This document shows positions 39,441 through 51,121 of a DNA stretch of 64,000 bases, one piece after another. Within the stretch, counting starts at the first letter, position 1; every line of letters begins with the position of its first letter. The DNA comes from Trichoplax sp. H2 (Eukaryota), in contig NOWV01000111.1 in assembly GCA_003344405.1 (NCBI GenBank), positions 186,001 to 250,000 on the forward strand. The letters are read 5' to 3'. The translations under genes were made by a program, and so were the position numbers. The notes under the pieces were generated by a model. That model was not told where the DNA came from and ran no database searches. It was given only the letters and a program-made list of their open reading frames with translations.

Positions 39441-40174
39441 ATTACTAAAATATAATGATATGATAACTTCTTCTATTAAACGTACCCTGGGTTCAGTTTA
39501 GAAGACGAAATAAAACTTGTAAGAAGTATAAGAAATAATGCTTGCCATACTTGACATTATCAGTATAACATATATAAAATATATGCGCAACTTTGTAAGT
39601 ATCAAGCAAGCATTTCCCTTTAATCAATTGCTTAGTTCCGTCAATATTCAATACAGCTTGCTATTGACTATCAGGGATATCTGAAAAAGCATGTCTAAAT
39701 GAAATACGGGTATAGGCTACGAGAAGGGTGTTTATATCCTAATACAAGTATACAGTACAGTATTGACTATGGCTGCCTTAATTCACAAGTCGGCTAGAAA
39801 AACTTCAAAAGATAAACACAAAAAGTGCGCCATCACTTTTAAAATATATCACACCGATGATACTAAAAAGGTTGTTTAACATATGCAACTTAAAATATCT
39901 TGACTTTATTTTGCAAATATCATAATAAAAATAGAAGCCCTCGTTCTACTGTATTATCTACTGTTTTATCATTTCCACGAATAAAATAGTTTCAAATGCA
40001 CTATAATAGCTATATCGAAAAATAGGCGATATCATTGTACAATAAATTCAAATTAAAACATAAAATAAAAATGACTGTACTGCCTCTATTGAATAATTCG
40101 GATAGAATCTTCATCATAAGATGTTATACTAGCTCAATGCGCATTATTCCTTGGAAACTTGAAAACACTGTTCA

Positions 40175-43100
40175 TTAAGATTTACTGTTGATAATCTTGT
40201 TTGTATGGCGATGCTTGTTAAAACTTTTATGATGTGCTGGAGAAGGTCGATCGATTGTGATAGAAGGAGATGTTGTAGGCTCAGAGATATTCAAGTTTAA
40301 CTTAGTATTGAAATCTAAAACAGAATCCTTCTCCTTCGAAATAGCATTCGTTTTAGTTTGGCAATTATCAAATCTTCCATTTCGCAATTTAACGGACTTG
40401 TCATACATAGCCTTTGCAGATTCATGGTTATTTTGCAACTCATAAATCGCTCCAAGATTATCGTAAGATTGGACAAGATTCATGTCATCTTTATCCAGTA
40501 ACTTTAGTTGAATTTTTAAGCACTGATGATGCATAGTAAGCGCATCTTCATATTGACCTTGCAATCGATAAACTAATCCTATATTGTTATACGATTGAGC
40601 TATTTCTAAATGATTCCCATCAGATAATATCGACTGTCGAATTTCCAACGCTAATTTATAATTTAATAAAGCATCATCGTATTTACCCATTCGATAACAC
40701 AACCATCCAATATTATCATGGCAATCAATGACATCAGCATGATTCTTTCCACTTAGATTAGATAAAATTTTTGCATATTTTTGATATGCTACTACAGCTT
40801 GGTGATATTGATGTTGTATTTGATATATTGATATTATATTCAAGTAAGCATCTAAAAGTGCAGAGTCATTTTCTGCAGCACAGTGTAGTCGAATTTGAAT
40901 TGATTTATCATACATAGACAAGGCATCATCATAACACTTCTGCACTTGATAGATTGATGCTAGATTGAAATAAAGCTCAGCACAATTCGTATTATTCTCA
41001 CCATAATGATGAATTTGAATACTGAGAGCTTGCTGATACATTTCTACAGCTTGACTATATTGACCTTGTTGATTACAGACATAAGCGATATTATTATAAG
41101 ATTGTAATAAAATAGCACTGTTATTTCCTACTACTTCCAACCTGATTTTCAAGGATTTTTGATACGTTAATAAAGCAATCTCATATTTGTTTTGTAGTTG
41201 ATATGCAGTAGCAAGATTGTTATAAGTGGTTGCAACTTCAATATTAATCTCCTCTAATAATTGCAACTGAATACGTAAACATTTTTCAAACATGGATATT
41301 GCGAGATCATATGTTTCTTGATACAGATACACTACACCAATATTATTATAAGAATCCGCTACATCGAGATGATTTTCATTATATTTTTCCAATTTTATAT
41401 TTAAGGATTGACGATGCATAGTTAAGCAGTGATGATAATCTTCTTGTAATCGATATACTAAAGCCAAGTTATTGTAGAATGTAGCAAGGCTGATATCATT
41501 TTTTCCCTTCAATTTTAATTGCATATTTAATCCTTTTTCTAAGCTTTGAATAGCTTCATCATATTGGCCAAGGGATCGATAAACTAAACCCAAACTATGA
41601 TAACTTTCGGATAATTGTTGATGGCAATTGCCTAAACGGTTTTGGCGAATTTTTAAACATTTCTGAAGTATTGTGATTGCTCGATTAAGACGACCTAATG
41701 AATAATAACTTAAACCAATATTGTAGTAACATTGAGCTATATCTAAATGGTCCTCATCTAAAATTTGTTCTCTTACTTTCAACGATTCTTGATACTGATC
41801 TAATGCTTCATCATGTTGTAACTTTGCTGAATGAATTAATCCAATATTATTATAAATTGAAGCCAAGTGAAGATTATTGGATCCAAGAGATTGCAAACAA
41901 ATATCGATCGATTTTTGATACATGGATAAGGCATTATCATATTGCTTTTGCTTGTAATAAACTAATCCCATATTATTGTACAAGCCAGCAACATCCAATT
42001 GATTAATATCAATCCTGCGATTATCTTGTATATCCATTGATTTTTGATAATATTCTAACGCTTGGTTATAATTGTCTTGTAAATAATGGATTAACGCAAT
42101 AGCACTGTAGATGATAGCAACGACTAAATCGATTCCTCCCTCAGTTTGCCGTTTTTGTCTAATGGCAAGAGCTTTTTGCAACTTATCCATAGCCTCATCA
42201 TATTTTGCAAATATCCGATAGACTAATGCCATATTATAATAGATATCAGCAACATCTAAACTATCACCACCTAATAATTTAAGTCGAATTTTCAAGCAAT
42301 CACGAAATATAGACAAGGCATCCATATGTTTACATTGTAAGTAATAGATTAATCCAATATTATTGTAAGATGCAGCGACTAATAAATTGTCATTACCAAG
42401 TAATTTTAACTTAATTTTAAGTGAACGACGATGAGTAGACAAGGCTTTGCTATATTGTCCTTGTGCTTGATAAATTAATGCAATATTATTGTAAATAGCT
42501 GCAACATGGATGCTATTTTTATCTAAAAATTTTAATTGATCATCTAGTTGTTGCTGGAGAATTTTGAATGCTTCATCATATTTTCCTTGAGATCGATAAA
42601 CAAGTGCCATATTATTATAAAATTGTAAATTGTGTATGCAAGGTCCATCTGTCATTTTATCCAGAATTTGGATACATTTTTGATAGAGTTCGATAGCTTG
42701 ATCATAATGACGTTGTAGATATTTTAACCAGCCAATACTGTTATAACATTGAGCAACAGCGTAACATGTCTCACCAATGATGACCCTATATGTGATTAAA
42801 CTTTGATCAATTAGAGCTAAAGCCTCATCATATCGACCACCATGGATATAAATATCAGCTAAAATATGATGAGATTGAGCAACATCTAGACTTTGATGGC
42901 CAAGAATTTCTTGTTGTATATTTAACGATTTCTGAATCATAATTTCGGCTTGTTCATACTTTCCCTGAAGTTGATAAGTTGTAGCAATATGATGGTAGGA
43001 ATCAGCAACCAGTAAACTCCGCTGGCCGGTAATGGAAAGATCGATATTCAACGCTTTCTGCTGAGTGCTTAGTGCATCATCTAATTTACCCTGCAATTGG

Positions 43101-43705
43101 TTGATTAATCCAATATTATGATAAGAACTGGCCAGATATAAATTTTCTTCTCCAAATAAACGACTAAAAATAGCCGAAGATTGTTGATGCATCAAGATTG
43201 CGTCTTGATTTTTGCCTTGATGGTAATAAACTAATCCGATGGCGCGATAAGTTTTAGCCATATCAAAACTACACTCAGATTGATCCTGTAAGGCTTGAGA
43301 TTGGATTTCTAACGCTTTCTCATGATTTACTAAAGCATCATGATATCGACCTTGTAAGCAACAAATACTGCCAATATTATTATAGCAGTGTGTTATAGCT
43401 ACGTTATCTTCTTCATAAACTGATTGATGGAGTTGAAATGATTGTTGATAATTTTCCATAGCCAATTGATATTTCCCCATCATACGATTAATATGTCCTC
43501 GATGATCGCAGCAATCAGCAATTTTAATTTTATCACCTAGCTTTGACGCAATCTGGTAAGATATTTCACAGTATTGCAAGGCTTCTTCAAACTTGTACTG
43601 CTTGCAATGCGTTTGCGAAATATAAATGTAGCGATCGCAAGCCGTAGAGCCTTGTAGTGAATAATCTATTACTTCACTGCCTACTTTTTTGCTGTCCCTA
43701 TCCAT
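40175..43705 (-). CDS. Single-exon TPR-repeat protein (about 26 x 42-aa repeats), 1176 aa
   Basis: Continuous 42-aa periodicity, consensus A.SYNNIG..Y..QG.Y..AL..Y.K.L.I; no ATPase or other domain seen; short disordered C-terminus. Confidence 0.9.
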   Translation of the reverse strand: MDRDSKKVGSEVIDYSLQGSTACDRYIYISQTHCKQYKFEEALQYCEISYQIASKLGDKIKIADCCDHRGHINRMMGKYQLAMENYQQSFQLHQSVYEEDNVAITHCYNNIGSICCLQGRYHDALVNHEKALEIQSQALQDQSECSFDMAKTYRAIGLVYYHQGKNQDAILMHQQSSAIFSRLFGEENLYLASSYHNIGLINQLQGKLDDALSTQQKALNIDLSITGQRSLLVADSYHHIATTYQLQGKYEQAEIMIQKSLNIQQEILGHQSLDVAQSHHILADIYIHGGRYDEALALIDQSLITYRVIIGETCYAVAQCYNSIGWLKYLQRHYDQAIELYQKCIQILDKMTDGPCIHNLQFYNNMALVYRSQGKYDEAFKILQQQLDDQLKFLDKNSIHVAAIYNNIALIYQAQGQYSKALSTHRRSLKIKLKLLGNDNLLVAASYNNIGLIYYLQCKHMDALSIFRDCLKIRLKLLGGDSLDVADIYYNMALVYRIFAKYDEAMDKLQKALAIRQKRQTEGGIDLVVAIIYSAIALIHYLQDNYNQALEYYQKSMDIQDNRRIDINQLDVAGLYNNMGLVYYKQKQYDNALSMYQKSIDICLQSLGSNNLHLASIYNNIGLIHSAKLQHDEALDQYQESLKVREQILDEDHLDIAQCYYNIGLSYYSLGRLNRAITILQKCLKIRQNRLGNCHQQLSESYHSLGLVYRSLGQYDEAIQSLEKGLNMQLKLKGKNDISLATFYNNLALVYRLQEDYHHCLTMHRQSLNIKLEKYNENHLDVADSYNNIGVVYLYQETYDLAISMFEKCLRIQLQLLEEINIEVATTYNNLATAYQLQNKYEIALLTYQKSLKIRLEVVGNNSAILLQSYNNIAYVCNQQGQYSQAVEMYQQALSIQIHHYGENNTNCAELYFNLASIYQVQKCYDDALSMYDKSIQIRLHCAAENDSALLDAYLNIISIYQIQHQYHQAVVAYQKYAKILSNLSGKNHADVIDCHDNIGWLCYRMGKYDDALLNYKLALEIRQSILSDGNHLEIAQSYNNIGLVYRLQGQYEDALTMHHQCLKIQLKLLDKDDMNLVQSYDNLGAIYELQNNHESAKAMYDKSVKLRNGRFDNCQTKTNAISKEKDSVLDFNTKLNLNISEPTTSPSITIDRPSPAHHKSFNKHRHTNKIINSKS

Positions 43706-44499
43706 AATGTTTGATTTTTCAAGGCGAAAAGCTTTCTTTAAATTTAGCTACTTTCCAATTTATAATGGGCTTAAGTCAACTTAATGGATAGCAGATAACG
43801 CATCGAGTTGAATAAGTACTTTACTGTCCTTTAGTCAAGCTGGAATAACTATTATTTTTATGTTTCAAAATAGTTTGCTAGTGCTAGTTGAGATTGATGC
43901 TGATTCTTTATACAGTACTGAATTAATTCAATATTAATTTATTAATTATAATATCTTCGATAGTAGTTAGAACTACATAAATTCAACCTTTCACGCGCTA
44001 AACTGCAACAATTGTAATAGATTCTTTAAAAATATTGATTTCAATGCTGAGGTTTTCGTATTTTCTATAGTTGTAATAATTAATTTAGATGACGGATCGT
44101 AGCAACTAAAGATGCTATTAGGTAAAGTTCTATTTCAAGGCTGATTCTTTATCATTTATCGTTGCAATTTCGGCTTATATAGCGATCGCATTGAATGCTT
44201 GAAAAATTAAAATTTAATGCCGGTGCTTTCTAAATACTTGTAAAATTTCGACCAATGATGAGTAAGCAATAGTTGAAAATATTCTGCAAAAAGAGAATTA
44301 AATTTTGTTATCGCTTAGCTGAGAAAAGTTAAACTGTAACTCGGGTTTATTTACTATCGATCACTACAGCTCTAATCTAGATATTGTTGATTACAAGATA
44401 GATCATAGCAGAATGAAATGTTGAAGTGAACATTGTGATTTAATGCTGTTGCTATCCAATAAATTAGTTTCATCGTAAGGGTATCAATGTTAAGCAACA

Positions 44500-45313
44500 G
44501 TTAGTGTACGATGACAAATTCTTATACACGGAATTAAAACGACTGAATTAAATCTTTAATCATCGGACAAAAAGGAAATTGAAGAATTGGAGAAATACCC
44601 GGTAGTGGAAAGAAAGAAATTGAAGGACCGTTGCTGACAAATTTTAACGCCGTATCTTGTAAAAAAAGTTGAAGAAATGTCAGAAGAGGCCTAGAAAAGA
44701 CTGAATGAATAAAATGCTGATGCTTATCCAGTCGTTAAAGTAATGTCTGGAACTGTAGCTAGTCTAGTCGTGAGCAACTTATTTAATAGAAAGCAAAAAT
44801 TGACAATATTAGCATGAAGATGACGACCAATTAATCTCTTGACAATAACTACGTTGAAATTACTAACTAAGAACGTTAAGAAAATCAACTACTATAGAGT
44901 TGTATTCCCATGGCAGTCTGACGTTGGAGGCTTCATTAAACTGCGTTTATGTCTATGCCAATAGTATTAGAATAATTCTAATTTGTGACCACCTGTAGTG
45001 AAGGCTTCCAATGAATTAAGACAGCTTATAAAGAAATCAAAACGCCCAGGGCTTGTTCAATTTCATATTGGATGTATATCAAGCAATTTAGATAAAAGCT
45101 TTTTTATGGACACTCCAATTGTATAAGCTATTCCAATGCAGAATAGCCTCAAGTTTTCACTCCTAATTCCTCAATTGAAGTTGAGAAGAAATTACTCTGT
45201 GGAAATTCCTTTTCAATCTATTTCAATTTCAACCTTGGAAGAAATTATTCAATGGAGAAAGAATGCTGCTTTATTTTAGGCACATACAACAATATGGACC
45301 TTGATAATCCACA
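44500..45313 (+). pseudogene. Decayed coding-like sequence of unknown family
   Basis: Long protein-like frames broken by isolated stops and frameshifts (SDKKEIEELEKYPVVERKKLKDRC*QILTPYLVKKVEEMSEEA*...; PPVVKASNELRQLIKKSKRPGLVQFHIGCISSNLDKSFFMDTPIV*...). Confidence 0.35.
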
Positions 45314-46604
45314 GGTAGTGAGGATGGATGAAAAATAACTGAAGGCTAGTATGACTAATTAAAATAATATCAAGACTACAATAATATTTCCTTCATCCAC
45401 TTTGTAGCTATAGGAACACTAATATTTATTTTGCTGAGGATCAATGAAATCGACGACGAAATAATTGGCCTACAATTAGACTGTCTTTGAATTTTAATCA
45501 TGGGCATGACCTCGTCTTCTATAGGGTGTAATTGATTATGGAAACAATGCGCGGAACGAATTTAACCTATCAGGTAGTCAATGTTAATTAAATTAGCAGA
45601 AAAATCGCCATTGATTGTTGCTAGTATCCCGCTAATTTGGATAAAGAATAGATCATCATTTGAAACAATATGTCTATACAGTGGCCAAGACAAACTCTAT
45701 GCCGGTAATCCACTGTCTTATTCTTGACAATAGTATACGTATACGTAGGCAATAACAAAAATAAAATACTATAAGGATTATTTTCTTTCTACGTTAAATT
45801 CAAAACCGGCTTCTTCTTTCTTCTATTATTGTGCTGTAGTGGTTATTATCTGTTAATTGGAAAGAGTGGAGATCACGTAAATTTCTGATATGGTGTTCAT
45901 AGGTATATAAGATTTTCTTTCTAGAGTACATTTATGATAATCGAATAGACTTGATTGATTGTAATGAGTTGGCAAGTGTGGGCAAATAAATCCGAATTAT
46001 GATAACGTAATAAACCTACTTTGAATTTTCTCTACAAGTACTGATGACGGAAGAGTCGGAGTAAACTAGAGTTGATGATGGGCTTCATGAACCAAATTTT
46101 ACAACGGCGGATTGTAGAATTAAGGATAATCCTTACTCTATTGATGTAGCCACATCTACAACTATTTTGTTTACGGCCCCAAAATCATAAACATGGACAA
46201 CTTAATTGCATTATACAGTATTAGCTTACTGGACTTTATACAAGAATGAAAATCCGCTATGACTCTAAATTCATACCAAACCAAACAGCCATTGCCCCGA
46301 CAATATGACCACACTTGTCAACCACACTTTATTTTTAAATTATATTGCAGTTCCTAATGGTTAAAAACTGTCCCGTTAACGAATTTTGTTACCGTACCTC
46401 ACAATCACTTTCCTTTTTCTCCTCCTGCAAAGAGATCTCATATTGTAGATAATGCTATAATAAGTAAATAAAACAATTAAGGATTAATTAGAGATGTTTC
46501 CCCATGGAAAATACATTACTGATATTATAGTATTACCTTAAATAGCAACATAGATTTAGTTGATTACAATTACTATGCCAATAAGCGTGATCAATGTCAC
46601 CATG

Positions 46605-48299
46605 AACCGTCTATGCAGCTTAAGTAAAATTAAAACCTTCGCTAAAAATACACAGTTGACTGAAGATGGCAGACAATTTTTTGAATAGTGTGGCGTATCA
46701 TGAAGTCCTATAATTAAAGCGGACTATCATTTCACAATATAATCTATATACATAAAGTAGGAACCGATTTTTTGTGATGCCATCACAGCCAAACAGAGAG
46801 TAAGAGGGGAAAACTATGCTTACCTTTACGAAGCTGCTTTAAAATTTGGAGCGATAATGCTCGGCTACGTGGGCTGTGTACACAGATGCCATATAGATAT
46901 TCTTATGTGAAGTAATAGATTCATATATTTTGCAGAGAAATGCCGGTGTAGCCGGGTTTACACTAGCTAATAAGTCAATAAAACAATCAAGGAATAATTA
47001 GAGATTGTTACGATGCGTAAGCTCGTCCTAATTATTGAGTAATATTAAATATTGCTTGTGTGGATTGACGTTTTATTAATTGTCATTTCTTCATATAATT
47101 TGTTTAATCTTTGATTAATATGATAATGCACTAGGAGTTTCTGACGAGACTATAAAAGGCTGGTGCCTGAAGATTCCTTTTTAGTTAGTTAGTCGGTTGG
47201 ATAGTCAACTAGTTTTTCAATTGATATTTAATTGTAAGACTATAATCTTGGGTGCCAAGATTCCTTCAGTAATAAATGATAGTAAATCTCTGACTATCTC
47301 GTCTACATCATCTGTGACGCTATAATTATACCATAGTATTCGGTCGTTGGAACTGAATTATTTGGTGATATAGCTAATCTCGCCTCTTTAAGTTAGTAAG
47401 TGGCATTCTCCGCAAGGATTGGCGTGTGTAGACTACTTTGTCACTAGTGGTGTGTGACAGAGATATTTCCTCTTTGAAGTGTTAAAGTGTGTATTTCCAA
47501 GCATGGCATTTGGTAAAATCACTAAGAGCAACATTGATGTTTGATTACGACGACTTTGCCAATAATAACTGCGATCAATGTCGTCATTAACCGTCCACGT
47601 AGCTTAAGTAAAGTTAAAATCTTTGTTGGCTAAAAATTCACAGTTGGCTGAAGATAGCAGACATTTTATAGNNNNNNNNNNNNNNNNNNNNAACCGTCTA
47701 TGCAGCTTAAGTAAAATTAAAACCTTCGCTAAAAATACACAGTTGGCTGAAGATGGCAGACAATTTTTGAATAGTGTGGCGTATCATGCAGTCCTATAAT
47801 TAAAGCAGACTATCATTTCACAATATAATCTATATACATAAAGTATGAGCCGATTTTTTTGTGATGCCATCACAGCCAAACGGAGAGTAAGAGGGGAAAA
47901 TTATGCTTACCTTTACGAAGCTGCTTTAAAATTTGGAGCGATAATGATCGACTACGCGGGCTGTGTACACAGATGCCATATAGATATTCTTATGTGAAGT
48001 AATAGATTCATATATTTTGTAGAGAAATGCCGGTGTAGCCGGGTTTACACTAGCTAATAAGTCAATAAAACAATCAAGGAATAATTAGAGATATTTCCTC
48101 TTTGAAGTGTTAAAGTGTGTATTTCCAAGCATGGCATTTGGTAAAATCACTAAGAGCAACATTGATGTTTGATTACGACGACTATGCCAATAATAACTGC
48201 GATCAATGTCGTCATTAACCGTCCACGTAGCTTAAGTAAAGTTAAAATCTTTGTTGGCTAAAAATTCACAGTTGGCTGAAGATAGCAGACATTTTATAG
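46605..48299. repeat. Near-identical duplicate segments either side of a 20-N assembly gap (47672-47691): 46605-47005 = 47692-48092 and 47460-47671 = 48088-48299
   Basis: Direct alignment by eye shows only scattered SNPs; probably two alleles assembled in tandem, or a recent tandem duplication. Confidence 0.9.
47006..47459 (+). mobile_element. Solo LTR of an LTR retrotransposon (454 bp)
   Basis: Starts TGTTAC, ends GTGACA; GAGAT direct repeats at 47001-47005 and 47460-47464; TATAAAAG at 47151 and AATAAA at 47271; absent from the duplicate copy, which has a single GAGAT at 48088-48092. Confidence 0.88.
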
Positions 48300-49499
48300 A
48301 TGGCGTAGCGTATCCTGAAATCCTATGATTAAAGTCAATGATCATATATGCAAGCACTTTTAGCAACGGACGCTTACAAAAATTAAATTGACAAATACAA
48401 AACAAAGATCAATTCAAATCATAGTTATGGATAACGGGCGTTATTCCTGCTTGGAATAGAATGATTAAGGCTGTCCTTTCATACTGTACAGTCTACAGTG
48501 TAGAGCCTCACATGACAAAATGTTCTTCAATAATGTCAGCAATTTCTGATATTTTCAATATTTCTTCAATAACGACATTTTCTGTCGGTGTTAAGGATGG
48601 AAAGAATCGCCACTTGTTTATCCATTTTGATGCGACTGTTCTTTTGTATTGCACAGCTTCATCATGGCAGAATATTTGGTCATTAATGATGTTAGCAATT
48701 TCTAATATTTTCAATATTTTTTTTAATAGTAATATTTTCTGTTGATGTTGAGGATGTTAAGAGTAGTAAATTAAATGGCATTGAATGATGAATAAAATTC
48801 TAGACGCTGGAAAAGGTATACCGATTAAGCCAGCCGTAGAATATTGTACATTCTTATGCAATAGACTTATTCCTCCATCGAATTTAAGATGTTTAAAGAG
48901 TGTTCAAGTAAAACGAGCTTGTTTTTCGACCTATACAACCACTTTATACAGTTTGAAATAATAACAACAGAATACACTCTAATTTTGCATTCTATCTGTG
49001 CATCAATTTATCCGACGTTCAGTAGACGTTTATAGAGATCAGTTTGCAATTTTTCTCACTTTCTTACAATAAATATCCTCAAACAAGTCAACTTGGCATT
49101 TGAGCAAAGTGTAAGAAGAGAGCTCTAATATTAGCTTAGCACTAATAAATTATTCAAGAATGCAATAGTAAAACCAATGTAGAATCTTTTCAATTGGAAA
49201 GTAGTGTAGCATGATTGGAAATATACAGATATCTTTAGGGTATATCGCGGTATATAACTAAAGTAAAATATATTTATTTCATGTAGAATAGTCAATTATG
49301 CTAAAATAAAGTAATTGTAGATGATGACAGGTGTGAATCGATGAAATAGTGTGCTTGCACTATTTTTATGCATACTAATGAATTATCAAAAGATATACTG
49401 GTATCCTTTTTAAAATAAGGTAATTTTTATATTTTAATATAGAAAAAGGTAACTGGTATTGCCAGGCTATAAATAATGCCAGACGACATAAACTCTCTT

Positions 49500-50000
49500 C
49501 ATCACTGCTATTTTAGCCGTGTCATCAAAAAATATGTCAGTACTGCCATTTCACGTACATTATCAAAGATATATCGGTATTCTTTCAGCAATGTGTACGT
49601 TCTTACATTAAAAACATTGCATTTAAGGTATCTGATATTAAAAATTAATTCTTTCGTATCGCCATTTTAGGCACATTATCAAGAAATATCGATACTCTAG
49701 CTGCAATTTGCATGTCCTTATACTTAATATACTATATGCAGGATATCTGATGTTACAATATCTTCAGGACTGCTGTTTTACGCATGATATCAAAGACATA
49801 TCGGTACCCTTTTTGCAATTTGCGTGTTCTTATATTTAATATACTGTGTTTACGGTAGCTAATATTACAATCTCTTCAGGACTGCTATGTTATGAACATT
49901 ATTGTCATCAAAAATTTATTGGTGCTCTTTCTGTAATTTGCTTATTCTTATGTTTAATGTGTATGAGGCATCTGATATTACAATCTCTTTAGCACTACCA
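49500..50000. repeat. Diverged tandem repeat of roughly 115-125 bp, about 4 units
   Basis: Recurrent TATCAAAGA.ATATCGGTA...GCAATTTG...TTCTTA...ATCTGATATTA blocks near 49560, 49677, 49788 and 49905. Confidence 0.75.
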
Positions 50001-50746
50001 TTTTACTCACAGTTTGCTAATTTCAACAATGCTGTTTCATGCAGAGTAGAAATGATATACTCTATCATTCCAAATTCTATCGATATTGAACGCATAACTT
50101 ATCTCTTTCTTAATTTAATAAGGAGCTGTTGTGCTATAGTTCAGCTGAGAGTAATGTAATAAATAGTTAAGGTATAAAAAGATACATTAATACCTGAACA
50201 TTAATTTCCTCTAATAAAAAGCAAGGGTTACAGTATTTGCTATTTGGATACTAGTGTAAATTGTCGATTTTCTGCTTATTATAACGACGATGATATTTAC
50301 TAGCAACGCAACAATAAGAAAAGTCAATATTTCCTCCTCTAGCTGTGCCTTAGCAACACTCTTTCCTCAGTCCCTTGTGCTATAAAGATCGTACGTAGAC
50401 TAATTCTAATTACGCAATATATCATTAGGAATGTATGATTAATTAAGCAATTAACTATAAAGTACTTCCCACTAGATAGAATAGTTTTATAGACATTTTT
50501 TAAACGTTTCAATCTTGCAGACATTCCTGTTTCACCATAAAATGGTGAATGATAATAAATACAAAATGATCGGAGTTTAGAAGAAATGCTAAATAAAAAT
50601 TTTTTTCTATTCATAAATATCAATAAATAGTCCTAAACGAGATAGGATAGAAATCTACAGGAAATGCCAAATGAGATTTTGGTCTTTTAGTGGCATAAGT
50701 AAGGAAATGCTTAAACAAAGCATGATGAAACTGTACAAGAAATCGT

Positions 50747-51016
50747 CGTACAGTCTAGTACTGTACAGTACTGTATGAGCTATTTGCCATTTGTCGGAAA
50801 TTATCTTCGGACGGACGCTAAATATCTCAAAATGAAAACGCTAGCTACAGTACAAAAAATACTCTGGAGTACAGTACAGTGCTGTACAGTACAGTACTGT
50901 AAGGTACAGATGAACGTGTACTGTACTGTACTGTACAGTAGTTGACAGACAGTAGGGTTTTGTGCACTGTAGCGTACAGTTCAAAGTACTGTACGTGTAC
51001 AGTACTGTATACTGTA
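50747..51016. promoter_or_regulatory. ACAGT/TACTG cluster directly upstream of RBM41
   Basis: TAGTACTGTACAGTACTGTA, GTACAGTACAGTGCTGTACAGTACAGTACTGTA, GTACTGTACTGTACTGTACAGTA; ends about 100 nt before the ATG. Regulatory role is inferred only from position. Confidence 0.6.
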
Positions 51017-51121
51017 GCTTACGGAGGGTAAAATCAATTCATCAACAAACTCGCCAACTCACAACAATTTCCACCTTGATTTGTACAAGTAAATGATTAT
51101 TTCATCATCAATGCTAACAAA

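Noticed and set aside
49401-49410. GTATCCTTT, a U12-type 5' splice site consensus
   Set aside because: Looks like a variant of a word in the adjacent tandem repeat; no flanking exons. The similar word at 24182 lies inside SLC45 coding sequence.
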